From positions 8,050 through 72,049 of the forward strand of contig CAKVGS010000005.1 in the NCBI GenBank assembly GCA_934747335.1: DNA of 64,000 bases, read 5' to 3'. Under the pieces are notes generated by a model, which was not told where the DNA came from, searched no databases, and saw nothing but the letters and a program-made list of their open reading frames with translations. A program made the position numbers and the translations under genes. Positions 55,685-64,000 of this stretch are shown here, piece after piece (positions within the stretch are counted from its first letter, which is position 1; each line of letters begins with the position of its first letter). The DNA comes from an uncultured Candidatus Melainabacteria bacterium (lineage in GTDB: Bacteria; Cyanobacteriota; Vampirovibrionia; Gastranaerophilales; Gastranaerophilaceae).

Positions 55685-56359
55685 ATGACACAACCTATTA
55701 CAAACACAACACCTGTAAAAGCAAACGCTTATGTTCAAGTTGAAGGTGGGGTAAACAATTACACAAATGCTAGAGAATTAAATTTAGGTGCAACTCTTGG
55801 TGGACAAATCAATAAAGGTAAAACTTATGCTAACGCAGAAGTCGGCTATGGAACTACATTTAAAGCAAGAGCAGAAGTAGGGCACGAGTTTAATATAGGA
55901 AAAAGTATGGGCTTAGAATTGTCAGGCAATGCTGAATATAAAGAATCTACTACACCAAGTGCTTTTCATAGTTCATTTTCTGCTGGAGACTATACGATGT
56001 CACGCACTAATAAATGGCATGATGGACTAAAAAAAGCTGGCGCATCTTTAATGATGACATTCAATGGTAAAAAAGGCAATGTTAAAATCGGCGCAGAAGT
56101 TGGTGCTTACGCAAATTCAGCACCAAATATTTCCCATAACTATACAATTAATGAAGATAAAAAATTGACAGTAGATAACAATGAAACAATTATAAGAAAA
56201 TCTCACACTGCAGAATTACGTTATAATGGTAAAAATAGTGGCGCATACATAACTCCTAAAATATCAGCTGAATTAAAATTAGGCAAAACCGGTAATTGGT
56301 CAGCTGTTGCGAATGCAGATGCCTTTGGCGGTAATGCAGGAATCAGATACACATTTTAA
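55685..56359 (+). CDS. beta-strand-rich hypothetical protein with OMP-like C-terminus (..GIRYTF) but no evident signal peptide
   Basis: Alternating G/aromatic pattern, terminal Phe; RBS aaggagag. Confidence 0.5.
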   Translation: MTQPITNTTPVKANAYVQVEGGVNNYTNARELNLGATLGGQINKGKTYANAEVGYGTTFKARAEVGHEFNIGKSMGLELSGNAEYKESTTPSAFHSSFSAGDYTMSRTNKWHDGLKKAGASLMMTFNGKKGNVKIGAEVGAYANSAPNISHNYTINEDKKLTVDNNETIIRKSHTAELRYNGKNSGAYITPKISAELKLGKTGNWSAVANADAFGGNAGIRYTF

Positions 56360-56375
56360 GAATAAAAAAAACAAT

Positions 56376-56412
56376 GCGAGGATGTAATGAATTACATCCT
56401 CGCTATTTATTA
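56376..56412 (+). terminator. hairpin after the beta-rich ORF
   Basis: gcgaggatgta atgaat tacatcctcgc tatttatt. Confidence 0.6.
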
Positions 56413-56469
56413 TCATTTTTGCAAATCCATTTCTCTCAAGCTATAATAAACATAACTTGAGAGGTAAAA

Positions 56470-58452
56470 ATGAACTTATACGAACTATCCGAAATAGCTG
56501 ATAAAAGATTTTCACACGGCGAAGAAATCCCGCAAAATATAATAGAAGGTGTAAAGCAAATTGTTTCCAATGGTGGATTTATCGGCATGGCACAAATAAA
56601 TCCTATTGCAGGGGATATCGAATACAACGCAAAAAAAATCGCAAAATATATTAAATATTCGTGTAAAATTGGCTTATATATGGTTGTTTTTCCAGAATTG
56701 GCTCTAATGGGTTATCCAATTGAAGATACTATCGACAGACACCCGATTATTGTCGAAGAAAATATTAAATGGCTGAAAGGTTTGGCTAAAATCACAGTCG
56801 GAACAACCGCTCTAGTAGGGTTTGTTGAACCTCGAAAACAAGATGCGGAAGGCAAAAAATACTTTAATTCTGTTGCAATTTTAAAAAACGGAAAAATTAC
56901 GGGAATTGTAAGAAAATCACTACTTCCAAATTACTCAGAATTCAATGATTACAGATATATTGAGCCATCTCCTGTTGTTGGTGTTCAACCGACAGAAACT
57001 TTGGGAGTTTTTGATAAAGACAATATTAAAGAAAATAGTAAAATTTTTGAAAAATACGGAATCTCAATTTGCGAAGACTGTTGGAACAATAAAGAATTTT
57101 TTGAAAAAAATCTTTACGATAAAGATCCGATTGATGAACTTGCGCAAGAAAATCCTGAGATTTTCATTAATTGTTCAGCTTCTCCAACCAGAGCTAAAAA
57201 AGAACAATTAAAACATAACATGCTCTCGTTTATTGCTAAAAAATACAAAACACCGATTGTATATGTAAACCAAGTCGGTGCGATTGACAACAGTTCATTT
57301 GACGGTTCCAGCAGAGTTTTTGATGCGGACGGGAAATTATTAGCAAGAGCAAAATCTTTTGAAGAACAATTTTTAATTGTAAATCCGAAAGAAAAAATTG
57401 GCAAAATTTATCCGCTAACTAAAGGTTTAGATAAATCTCTTAATGAACAAAAAGTCTTTACTTTAGAATATGAATCCGATTTAGAGAGAACATACAAAAC
57501 AATTGTTCAAGGGATTAGAGATTATTTCAAAAAATGCGGTTTTAAGCGCGCGGTTTTAGGACTTTCAGGCGGTTTGGATTCAACCGTTTGCGCAGTACTT
57601 TTAGCTGATGCTATTGGCAAAGAAAATGTTTTTGGTATCTCGATGCCATCACATATTACGAGCAAAGAAAGTAAATCTGACGCTCAACAATTGGCACACA
57701 ATTTAGGTATTCATTTCACTGAAGCCACAATACGCCCAATGATTGATACAACAACAGAATGCTTAAACGAATTATTTAAAACCGTTGAATCTAAGTGGGA
57801 CGGACGTTATAAGACTTCGTTCACGCCTGATAATATTCAAGCACGTTCCAGAGCAATGTTTCTGTGGGGAATAAGTAATGAATTTGCCTCTTGTATCCCT
57901 ATTGCTACTTCTGATAAATCCGAACTTTACATGGGTTATGCAACAATTAACGGCGATATGTCAGGCGGTTTTGCACCAATTGCAGATGTACCTAAAACGA
58001 AGTTGTTTGCGTTTGCCCGTTGGATGAATGAAAATCGCGAAGAAAAAAATGCTATTCCTGAAGCGATTATTCTTAAAAAACCGGGGGCTGAACTTGCAAT
58101 TGACCCTAAAACAGGAAAACCGCTGATTGCAGAAGACGCGCTTATGCCTTATGAATTTTTGGATGAAATCATTTGGCGTGTTGAAAATAAAAACGAAGGC
58201 TACCATGACCTTTTAGAAACAGAATTCGTTTATGAAAAACACAACACAGTTACTAAAGAACAAAAGATTGAATGGTTGGACAAATTCTTCAGACGTATGT
58301 CTACCGCGCTTTACAAGTGGTCAATCCTTCCGCCGTCAGTAATTGTAGAATCTCGTTCTATCAATAAATATGATTACAGACAACCGATAACTTCTTCAAG
58401 AATTAATTATAAAGGGGTTGAAGACAGTTATATTAAAAATGTTTTGGATTAG
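56470..58452 (+). CDS. nadE: glutamine-dependent NAD+ synthetase
   Basis: N-terminal CN-hydrolase domain (FPELALMGYP, ICEDCW) plus C-terminal PP-loop LSGGLDS. Confidence 0.9.
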   Translation: MNLYELSEIADKRFSHGEEIPQNIIEGVKQIVSNGGFIGMAQINPIAGDIEYNAKKIAKYIKYSCKIGLYMVVFPELALMGYPIEDTIDRHPIIVEENIKWLKGLAKITVGTTALVGFVEPRKQDAEGKKYFNSVAILKNGKITGIVRKSLLPNYSEFNDYRYIEPSPVVGVQPTETLGVFDKDNIKENSKIFEKYGISICEDCWNNKEFFEKNLYDKDPIDELAQENPEIFINCSASPTRAKKEQLKHNMLSFIAKKYKTPIVYVNQVGAIDNSSFDGSSRVFDADGKLLARAKSFEEQFLIVNPKEKIGKIYPLTKGLDKSLNEQKVFTLEYESDLERTYKTIVQGIRDYFKKCGFKRAVLGLSGGLDSTVCAVLLADAIGKENVFGISMPSHITSKESKSDAQQLAHNLGIHFTEATIRPMIDTTTECLNELFKTVESKWDGRYKTSFTPDNIQARSRAMFLWGISNEFASCIPIATSDKSELYMGYATINGDMSGGFAPIADVPKTKLFAFARWMNENREEKNAIPEAIILKKPGAELAIDPKTGKPLIAEDALMPYEFLDEIIWRVENKNEGYHDLLETEFVYEKHNTVTKEQKIEWLDKFFRRMSTALYKWSILPPSVIVESRSINKYDYRQPITSSRINYKGVEDSYIKNVLD

Positions 58453-58535
58453 CATTTAACCAAACTTAACACTTTTCTTCAAACTTTGGCATGTTTATAG
58501 TATTATAAAGAAAAAGTTGGAGGGATTATTTTATA

Positions 58536-59351
58536 ATGTCAGTAGCATTAGAACAAAAACAAGGTTTAATCGCAGGTGATGGTCTTTTACCTGTAAAAAT
58601 GGCTCAATATGCTAAAGAAAATGGTTTTGACGTTGTTGCAATTTCTTTATCAAATGATAATTATGCACAACTTAAAAAATATTGCTCAAAAGTTTATTCT
58701 TTCTGCCCCGGAGAAGTTCAAAAGATTGAAGACACTCTTAAAGCAGAAGGTATTAAACAAATTACTTTTTTGGGAAAAGTTAGCAAAACAATTTTGATTA
58801 AACGTCCTAAATTTGATGCAAGAGCTTTGGACTTTATCAAAAAAGCCATAAGATTAAACGATGATAAAGTAATGCTAATGATTATAGAAGAATTGGAAAA
58901 AATTGGTGTAACAATTTTAGACCAAACTTTGTTTATTAAAAATTTAATGATTCCATCAGGAGTTTTAGGGAAAGTTCAACCAACTCCTGAACAAGTTGAA
59001 GACGTAAACTACGGTTACTGGTTAGCTAAAGAAACAGGGAAATTAGATGTCGGTCAATCAGTAATCATAAAAGATAAAATGGTTATGGCAGTTGAAGCAA
59101 TCGAAGGCACAGATAAATGTATTAAACGCGGTTGCAAAATCGCAAAAAGAAATTCCAGAGTTATTAAAGTTGCAAAACCATCTCAAGACAAGAGATTCGA
59201 TATCCCTGCAATCGGTTTAAGAACATTAAAAACAATGCATAAATATAAAGCTGATTTAATTGCCGTTGAAGCAGGTGAGACCATTATTGTAGATAGAGAA
59301 GAAGTTATTAAATACGCAAATAAGCATAATATTGTTGTAATGGCTGTATAA
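58536..59351 (+). CDS. lpxI: UDP-2,3-diacylglucosamine diphosphatase LpxI (DUF1009)
   Basis: GLIAGDGLLP N-terminus, DVGQSV...AVEAIEGTD, position directly upstream of lpxB. Confidence 0.75.
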   Translation: MSVALEQKQGLIAGDGLLPVKMAQYAKENGFDVVAISLSNDNYAQLKKYCSKVYSFCPGEVQKIEDTLKAEGIKQITFLGKVSKTILIKRPKFDARALDFIKKAIRLNDDKVMLMIIEELEKIGVTILDQTLFIKNLMIPSGVLGKVQPTPEQVEDVNYGYWLAKETGKLDVGQSVIIKDKMVMAVEAIEGTDKCIKRGCKIAKRNSRVIKVAKPSQDKRFDIPAIGLRTLKTMHKYKADLIAVEAGETIIVDREEVIKYANKHNIVVMAV

Positions 59352-59355
59352 TTTT

Positions 59356-60480
59356 ATGAAAAAGATATTTATTATTACAGGCGAATACTCCGGAGATATC
59401 CATGCCGGCAAGGTTTTAGAGATGTTAAAACGCTCTATGCCTGATATAGTGGCAGAAGGTATTGGTGGAGAAAATTTAAAATCAGCTGGTGCAAAAATCT
59501 TTTGTGACCATTCAAAAATGTCAGGTTTTGGTTTAAATTTTAAGATGATTGTTGATCACTTATCATTAGAAAAAAAAGTTGCTGATTATATTTTAAACGA
59601 ATTTAAACCTGATTTGGTTTTGTTAATTGATTACGGCACATTTAATTTAAGAGTTGCAAAAAGACTTAAAGGAAGCGGAATTAAAGTATTCCATTATATT
59701 CCTCCACAAATTTGGGCGAGTCGCAAATGGAGAATAAAAGGTATAAAAAAATATGTAGACAAAGTTCTTTGTATATTCCCATTTGAACCTGAAATTTATC
59801 AAGAAGAAAACATTGATGTACATTATTGCGGACATCCTCTTGTTAAACAATTACCACCAAGAGCTGACAGAGAAGAGTTTTTTAAACAGCACGAATTGGA
59901 TACTAATAGACCTTTGGTATCAGTTTTTCCCGGCTCACGTCCGTTAGAACTTAAGCTCTTTGGAGAACGCTTTATTGAAGCCGCTAAGGTTTTACAAAAA
60001 CGCCATCCTGAATTACAAGTTTGTATTTCGCATGCACCAAACTTGAAGGATGATATTTTTGATAAGTACATTAAAAATACTGATTTTAAAGTTATTAAAG
60101 GCGAAAACCAAGCTTTGTTGAGCGTTTCTGATTCATTAATTTTAGCATCAGGAACAGTTGCTTTAGAAGCTAGTTTATATCAAGTCCCAATGCTTATTGC
60201 ATATCGCGGACCTTGGTTGCTTTATTTGATTTATTTGCTTGTAAGATGTATCAAGAGAGTTTCTTTACCAAATATTATTATGGATGAAGATATCGTGCCT
60301 GAATTAGTTCAGCATAAATTCAGTGTTGAAAATATTTGCTACGAAACAGAAAAAAATCTGTATGACAAAAAGCATAGAGATTGGATGATTAATGAACTTG
60401 CTAAAGTCAAAGAAAAACTTTCTGATAAATATTCTGCAGAAGAAGTTGCTAATTGCATAATTAAAGAATTAAATAGATAA
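59356..60480 (+). CDS. lpxB: lipid-A-disaccharide synthase
   Basis: ITGEYSGD, YI.PQIWA.R, PGSR..E, SGT..LE motifs. Confidence 0.9.
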   Translation: MKKIFIITGEYSGDIHAGKVLEMLKRSMPDIVAEGIGGENLKSAGAKIFCDHSKMSGFGLNFKMIVDHLSLEKKVADYILNEFKPDLVLLIDYGTFNLRVAKRLKGSGIKVFHYIPPQIWASRKWRIKGIKKYVDKVLCIFPFEPEIYQEENIDVHYCGHPLVKQLPPRADREEFFKQHELDTNRPLVSVFPGSRPLELKLFGERFIEAAKVLQKRHPELQVCISHAPNLKDDIFDKYIKNTDFKVIKGENQALLSVSDSLILASGTVALEASLYQVPMLIAYRGPWLLYLIYLLVRCIKRVSLPNIIMDEDIVPELVQHKFSVENICYETEKNLYDKKHRDWMINELAKVKEKLSDKYSAEEVANCIIKELNR

Positions 60481-60486
60481 AGAAAG

Positions 60487-60513
60487 AGCCGGACATTTGC
60501 CGGCTTTTAAATT
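60487..60513 (+). terminator. hairpin after lpxB
   Basis: agccgg acatttg ccggct tttaaattt. Confidence 0.55.
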
Positions 60514-60645
60514 TCTACAACCTTTTTCTAACCTTATATATTAATAAAGTTTTCTTTTGTTAAAAAATTGCTTTTTTATGACGAAATGTAAAGTTAATTT
60601 ATGTTATACTTTTTTTGAACGAATATAAATAGCAAAAGGGAAATC

Positions 60646-61797
60646 ATGAGAAAGAGTTATTGTCTATTGCCACTGGCTCTTGGAACACTTGGACTTGGCT
60701 TAACTGAATATGTAATGATGGGAATTCTACCCGATACAGCACAATCTATGCACTGTTCTATTCCTGCTGCAGGAAACTTTATTTCATTTTATGCACTCGG
60801 TGTTGTTTTTGGTGCAATAATACTCGTCATAGTAGCAAGAACCAAACCTCTAAAAACAATATTATTGTGGCTTATGGCAATATTTACAATTGCTAATTTT
60901 CTAACAGCATTTGTAACAAACTATTATATATTTTGCTTAATAAGATTTATTGCAGGACTGCCACACGGATGTTTCTTTAGTGTTGGTGCAATTTCAGCAG
61001 GAAAACTTTGTGAAAAAGGCAAAGAAAATCAAGCTGTTGCTACTATGTGTTCTGGCATGACATTTGCAAACCTTCTTGGAATACCACTGGGAACAATGAT
61101 AAGCCATAGTTTGTCTTGGCGTCTTATATTCCTATTCATTGGGTTATTCGGGCTTCTTATATTATATTCTATTAAAAAGCTTATTCCAAATTTAAAACCA
61201 CTTCCTGATACAGGTTTTAGGGGGCAATTCCGCTTTATGAAGCATCTTGCTCCTTGGTTATTGATTTTAGCTGTAATAATGGGCAATGGCGGTATATTCT
61301 GTTGGTACAGCTATATAAATCCACTGCTTGTAAACGTTTCGGGGATATTACCACAATTTGTATCACTTATTATGATATTAGCGGGAGCAGGAATGTGTAT
61401 TGGTAATTTCTTAGGAGGGAAATTGTCTGATAAATATTCTCCTTCAATTGTCGCAAGTTTGACACAATTATTAGCCTGTGTTTCGTTAATTTTTATATTC
61501 TTCTATTCACACAATCCAATCTTGTCTATAATCTGCATGATTATATGCACCGGTTGTTTATTTGCTGTATCAGCACCACAACAAGTCCTATTAATTAGCA
61601 ACGCTAAAGGTGGAGAAATGTTAGGCGCATCATTTTCACAAATTTCTTTTAATTTAGGTAATGCTCTGGGTGCTTTTATTGGCGGCATTCCAATTGAACA
61701 TGGTTACAATTATAACTATACAGCAATCCCTGGAGCTTGTTTTGCATTTGTAGGATTTTTATTGTTATATTACTTTTTCCTAAGATATAAGAAATAA
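60646..61797 (+). CDS. MFS transporter
   Basis: About 12 hydrophobic segments, 383 aa, MFS-like loop 2-3 region. Confidence 0.75.
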   Translation: MRKSYCLLPLALGTLGLGLTEYVMMGILPDTAQSMHCSIPAAGNFISFYALGVVFGAIILVIVARTKPLKTILLWLMAIFTIANFLTAFVTNYYIFCLIRFIAGLPHGCFFSVGAISAGKLCEKGKENQAVATMCSGMTFANLLGIPLGTMISHSLSWRLIFLFIGLFGLLILYSIKKLIPNLKPLPDTGFRGQFRFMKHLAPWLLILAVIMGNGGIFCWYSYINPLLVNVSGILPQFVSLIMILAGAGMCIGNFLGGKLSDKYSPSIVASLTQLLACVSLIFIFFYSHNPILSIICMIICTGCLFAVSAPQQVLLISNAKGGEMLGASFSQISFNLGNALGAFIGGIPIEHGYNYNYTAIPGACFAFVGFLLLYYFFLRYKK

Positions 61798-62009
61798 TAA
61801 ACATATATTAATTCATTAATATTAAGTTTTGTAAAGATTTCTTCAGAAATAGGCATTTTGTGTAACATTTCTTTACAAATGTATTGATAAATATATACTT
61901 TTGATATACTATGAGTATATAAGAAAACTTTGTTATGTGTTTATCTTAATTCGTGTATCGTTTTCCAATTAAAAAATTATTACCCCATTTACCCATAGGA
62001 GCTTATAGT

Positions 62010-62882
62010 ATGAAAGAACAATTTATCTCAATGAAAACAACATCAAATCCAAACAAATTCTGCGGTGAAGAATTCAGTGCTTATTCAAGAAAAGTAAATT
62101 CATTCAAATCATTGACAGCAGAAGAAGAAAAAGAAATTGCAACAAGAGCAAAAGCAGGTGACAAAGCTGCAAAAAAAGTTTTGGTTCAATCAAATTTAAA
62201 ACTGGTTTTAACAATCGCACGAAAAACAATCCATGTTGCAAAACTACCAATGATTGATTTGATTCAAGAAGGAAATTTAGGTTTAATGATTGCTGTTGAA
62301 AAATTTAATCCTGAATTGGGTTATAGATTTTCTACATACGCAAGTTGGTGGATTAAACAAGCAATGTTTAAGGCTATTTCTGAACAATCATACTGTATGA
62401 AGATTCCTGTATATATCCAAGAAACATTGTCAAAGTTCTCAAAAGTAAAAACCGAAATGGAAAGAGCATACAACTGTCAAGTTACAAACAAAGACGTTGC
62501 AGAAAAAATGAATTTAGAACCTGAAAAAATTGACACTTATTTGTCTGCTTATTCAACAACCGTTTCAATTGAAGGCAGCTTTGACGGCAAAAACGGCAGT
62601 GAATTAAATGTTGCAGATATTTTGGAAGATGAAAACACTAACGTTGAAGACAATATTGAATATGAACAATTGAAACAAGATTTAAACAATGTTGTTTCTA
62701 CACTAAAAGATAGAGAACAAACAGTTATCAAAATGCGCTTCGGTTTAGGTGATTTTGCAAAAACAACATTGGAAGAAATCGGCAAAATGTACGGAGTAAC
62801 TAAAGAATGCATCCGACAAACAGAAGCAAGAGCTTTAAATAAATTGAGAAATAACCTAGTTTTAACTTGCTACGCTGATTAA
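62010..62882 (+). CDS. RNA polymerase sigma factor, sigma-70 family (no long region 1)
   Basis: Region 2 DLIQEGNLGLMIAVEKF...YRFSTYASWWIKQA, region 4.2 TLEEIGKMYGVTKECIRQTEARALNKLR; start moved to the ATG at 62010 behind aggag. Confidence 0.9.
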   Translation: MKEQFISMKTTSNPNKFCGEEFSAYSRKVNSFKSLTAEEEKEIATRAKAGDKAAKKVLVQSNLKLVLTIARKTIHVAKLPMIDLIQEGNLGLMIAVEKFNPELGYRFSTYASWWIKQAMFKAISEQSYCMKIPVYIQETLSKFSKVKTEMERAYNCQVTNKDVAEKMNLEPEKIDTYLSAYSTTVSIEGSFDGKNGSELNVADILEDENTNVEDNIEYEQLKQDLNNVVSTLKDREQTVIKMRFGLGDFAKTTLEEIGKMYGVTKECIRQTEARALNKLRNNLVLTCYAD

Positions 62883-62891
62883 TCCTTTAAA

Positions 62892-62926
62892 TAGAAAAAA
62901 AGACTCTTTATGAGTCTTTTTTTCTA
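62892..62926. terminator. bidirectional terminator between the convergent sigma-factor gene and the orphan ORF
   Basis: tagaaaaaaagactc tttat gagtctttttttcta. Confidence 0.8.
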
Positions 62927-64000
62927 TGCGATTGAAGTTTCATCAAAACCATTTTGTCTTTGTTCTTGTGCAACCATTTTTTCTATTGGAGCAGAAAGCT
63001 TTAAGTTATATTTTGACAAGTCAAAACTGCTTGCAATTGCCTTCATGCCATAATAAGAATTTTTAACGCCTTCATTATTTAAAAATAATTTTTGCATTGT
63101 ACCGGAAGCTTCTTCCAAATTATTACTTGCCCATTGTCTAATTGGTTGGAATGCCCTGCCATAATGTTTATAAACATCAGTAACAAACTCCAAAATTGTA
63201 TCACCAGAAAGTTTTAAATATTCCGGAACAGCAGTTACACTTTGAAATGCTTTATTTCTTTGAATACTAATTTGTTTAGCTTTAGAAAATTCTGTCGTTG
63301 TTTCTTCTACTTTTTCATTTTTATCAACAATAAATTTATTATTTGCTTGATTATCATTTGAATTAGCAATAATACGATCAAATGTTATTTTTTGCTGAGC
63401 TACATTTTGATTATGTTCTTCTACTGTTTGCTTATTTTCATGCCCAACAGTTCCTTGTTTTTCTTCGTATGGAGGTTTTGTTTCTGCATCGCTATTAGAT
63501 GCTACGATTGAATAATTTCCATTAGTCACTTCATCTAACAATTTTGTCAATTCTTCTTTTGACATTGTTAAAGCTTCAGGATGTTCTTCAAAATATTCAT
63601 TGATTTGTTTTATAACTTCTCTATAAATAGGAAGCTTATAAGCATCTTTGTTCATTGTACAAAGGATTTCTTTTTTAGCATCTTCAGGAACTTTTGTATT
63701 AACGGCAGTACCTGACATTGTGCCTGAATAAAGATTTTTGTACAAATCTCTTTGTGCAACAAGTTCTTTTTCTTCTTGAGTTAATTCAATACCTTTTGCT
63801 TCTTTTTCTTTAATAGCTTTTAATTTTTCAGCATTTTCTTGGAAAAATAATTTAGCAGGTTCACTCATTTGAGAATAAGTTTCTTTAATGCTTTCTTCTG
63901 ATTTTTCTGCAAAAACACCGGCAACAATAGCAGTTTGGTCCTTATCAGTTGGAACCATACCTTCAACGTCTTTTGTTGTCATAACTTTAACAAGCTCATC
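62924..64000 (-). CDS. orphan E/K-rich hypothetical protein; frame stays open to the window edge, so the 5' end may lie outside
   Basis: Long ORF, no stop between the listed Met (63982) and base 64000. Confidence 0.5.
   Translation of the reverse strand, partial: DELVKVMTTKDVEGMVPTDKDQTAIVAGVFAEKSEESIKETYSQMSEPAKLFFQENAEKLKAIKEKEAKGIELTQEEKELVAQRDLYKNLYSGTMSGTAVNTKVPEDAKKEILCTMNKDAYKLPIYREVIKQINEYFEEHPEALTMSKEELTKLLDEVTNGNYSIVASNSDAETKPPYEEKQGTVGHENKQTVEEHNQNVAQQKITFDRIIANSNDNQANNKFIVDKNEKVEETTTEFSKAKQISIQRNKAFQSVTAVPEYLKLSGDTILEFVTDVYKHYGRAFQPIRQWASNNLEEASGTMQKLFLNNEGVKNSYYGMKAIASSFDLSKYNLKLSAPIEKMVAQEQRQNGFDETSIA

Noticed and set aside
1-64000. rRNA, tmRNA, RNase P RNA, SRP RNA or riboswitches in intergenic regions
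   Set aside because: I scanned by eye for conserved cores (for example gaggaaagtcc for RNase P RNA, T-box/TPP/lysine riboswitch cores upstream of lysS and thiL) and found none. Covariance-model searches were not run, so absence is not proven.

Overview
Chromosomal window from a low-GC (about one third GC by eye) diderm bacterium. LPS genes are present (waaA, lpxI-lpxB, lptB plus an lptF/G-type permease), along with an ArnT-like glycosyltransferase, the MEP pathway (ispD, dxr), a CtpA-type S41 peptidase and a type IV pilin-like gene. The gene content would fit a Melainabacteria/Vampirovibrionia-like or similar lineage, but that cannot be decided without a database search. I call about 60 protein genes, mostly housekeeping: nadB-nadC, rnpA, dnaE, ispD-thiL, lysS, rimP-nusA, gpmI, rsfS-rpiB, bioF-like, rfbD-dxr, rfbA, rpsU, nadE and a sigma-70 family factor. 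There is one tRNA-Lys(UUU). I see no rRNA, CRISPR array, transposase, integrase or reverse transcriptase. The most unusual signal is non-coding. A family of GC-rich, highly palindromic repeat modules forms mosaic islands in at least ten intergenic regions, and these islands bracket orphan or accessory genes. (1) A 2.0-kb segment between nusA and an SNF2 helicase gene is bounded by 33-bp perfect terminal inverted repeats, has mirrored internal modules and carries a single orphan coiled-coil ORF. (2) A pilin-like gene is flanked by ~400-500-bp direct mosaic repeats. (3) A ~115-133-bp element is inserted cleanly into two different host modules, which points to recent mobility. Other points worth a second look: a 23S-rRNA-IVS-type four-helix-bundle gene, flanked by inverted arrays of an 8-mer, sits inside the rimP-nusA operon. 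An orphan OLD/AriB-like Toprim gene lies directly upstream of tRNA-Lys(UUU), which is followed by two tandem degenerate tRNA-Lys-like units. There is also a hairpin-TIR MITE-like element and a possible split mnmC. All functional calls come from motif recognition by eye; no searches or computations were run.
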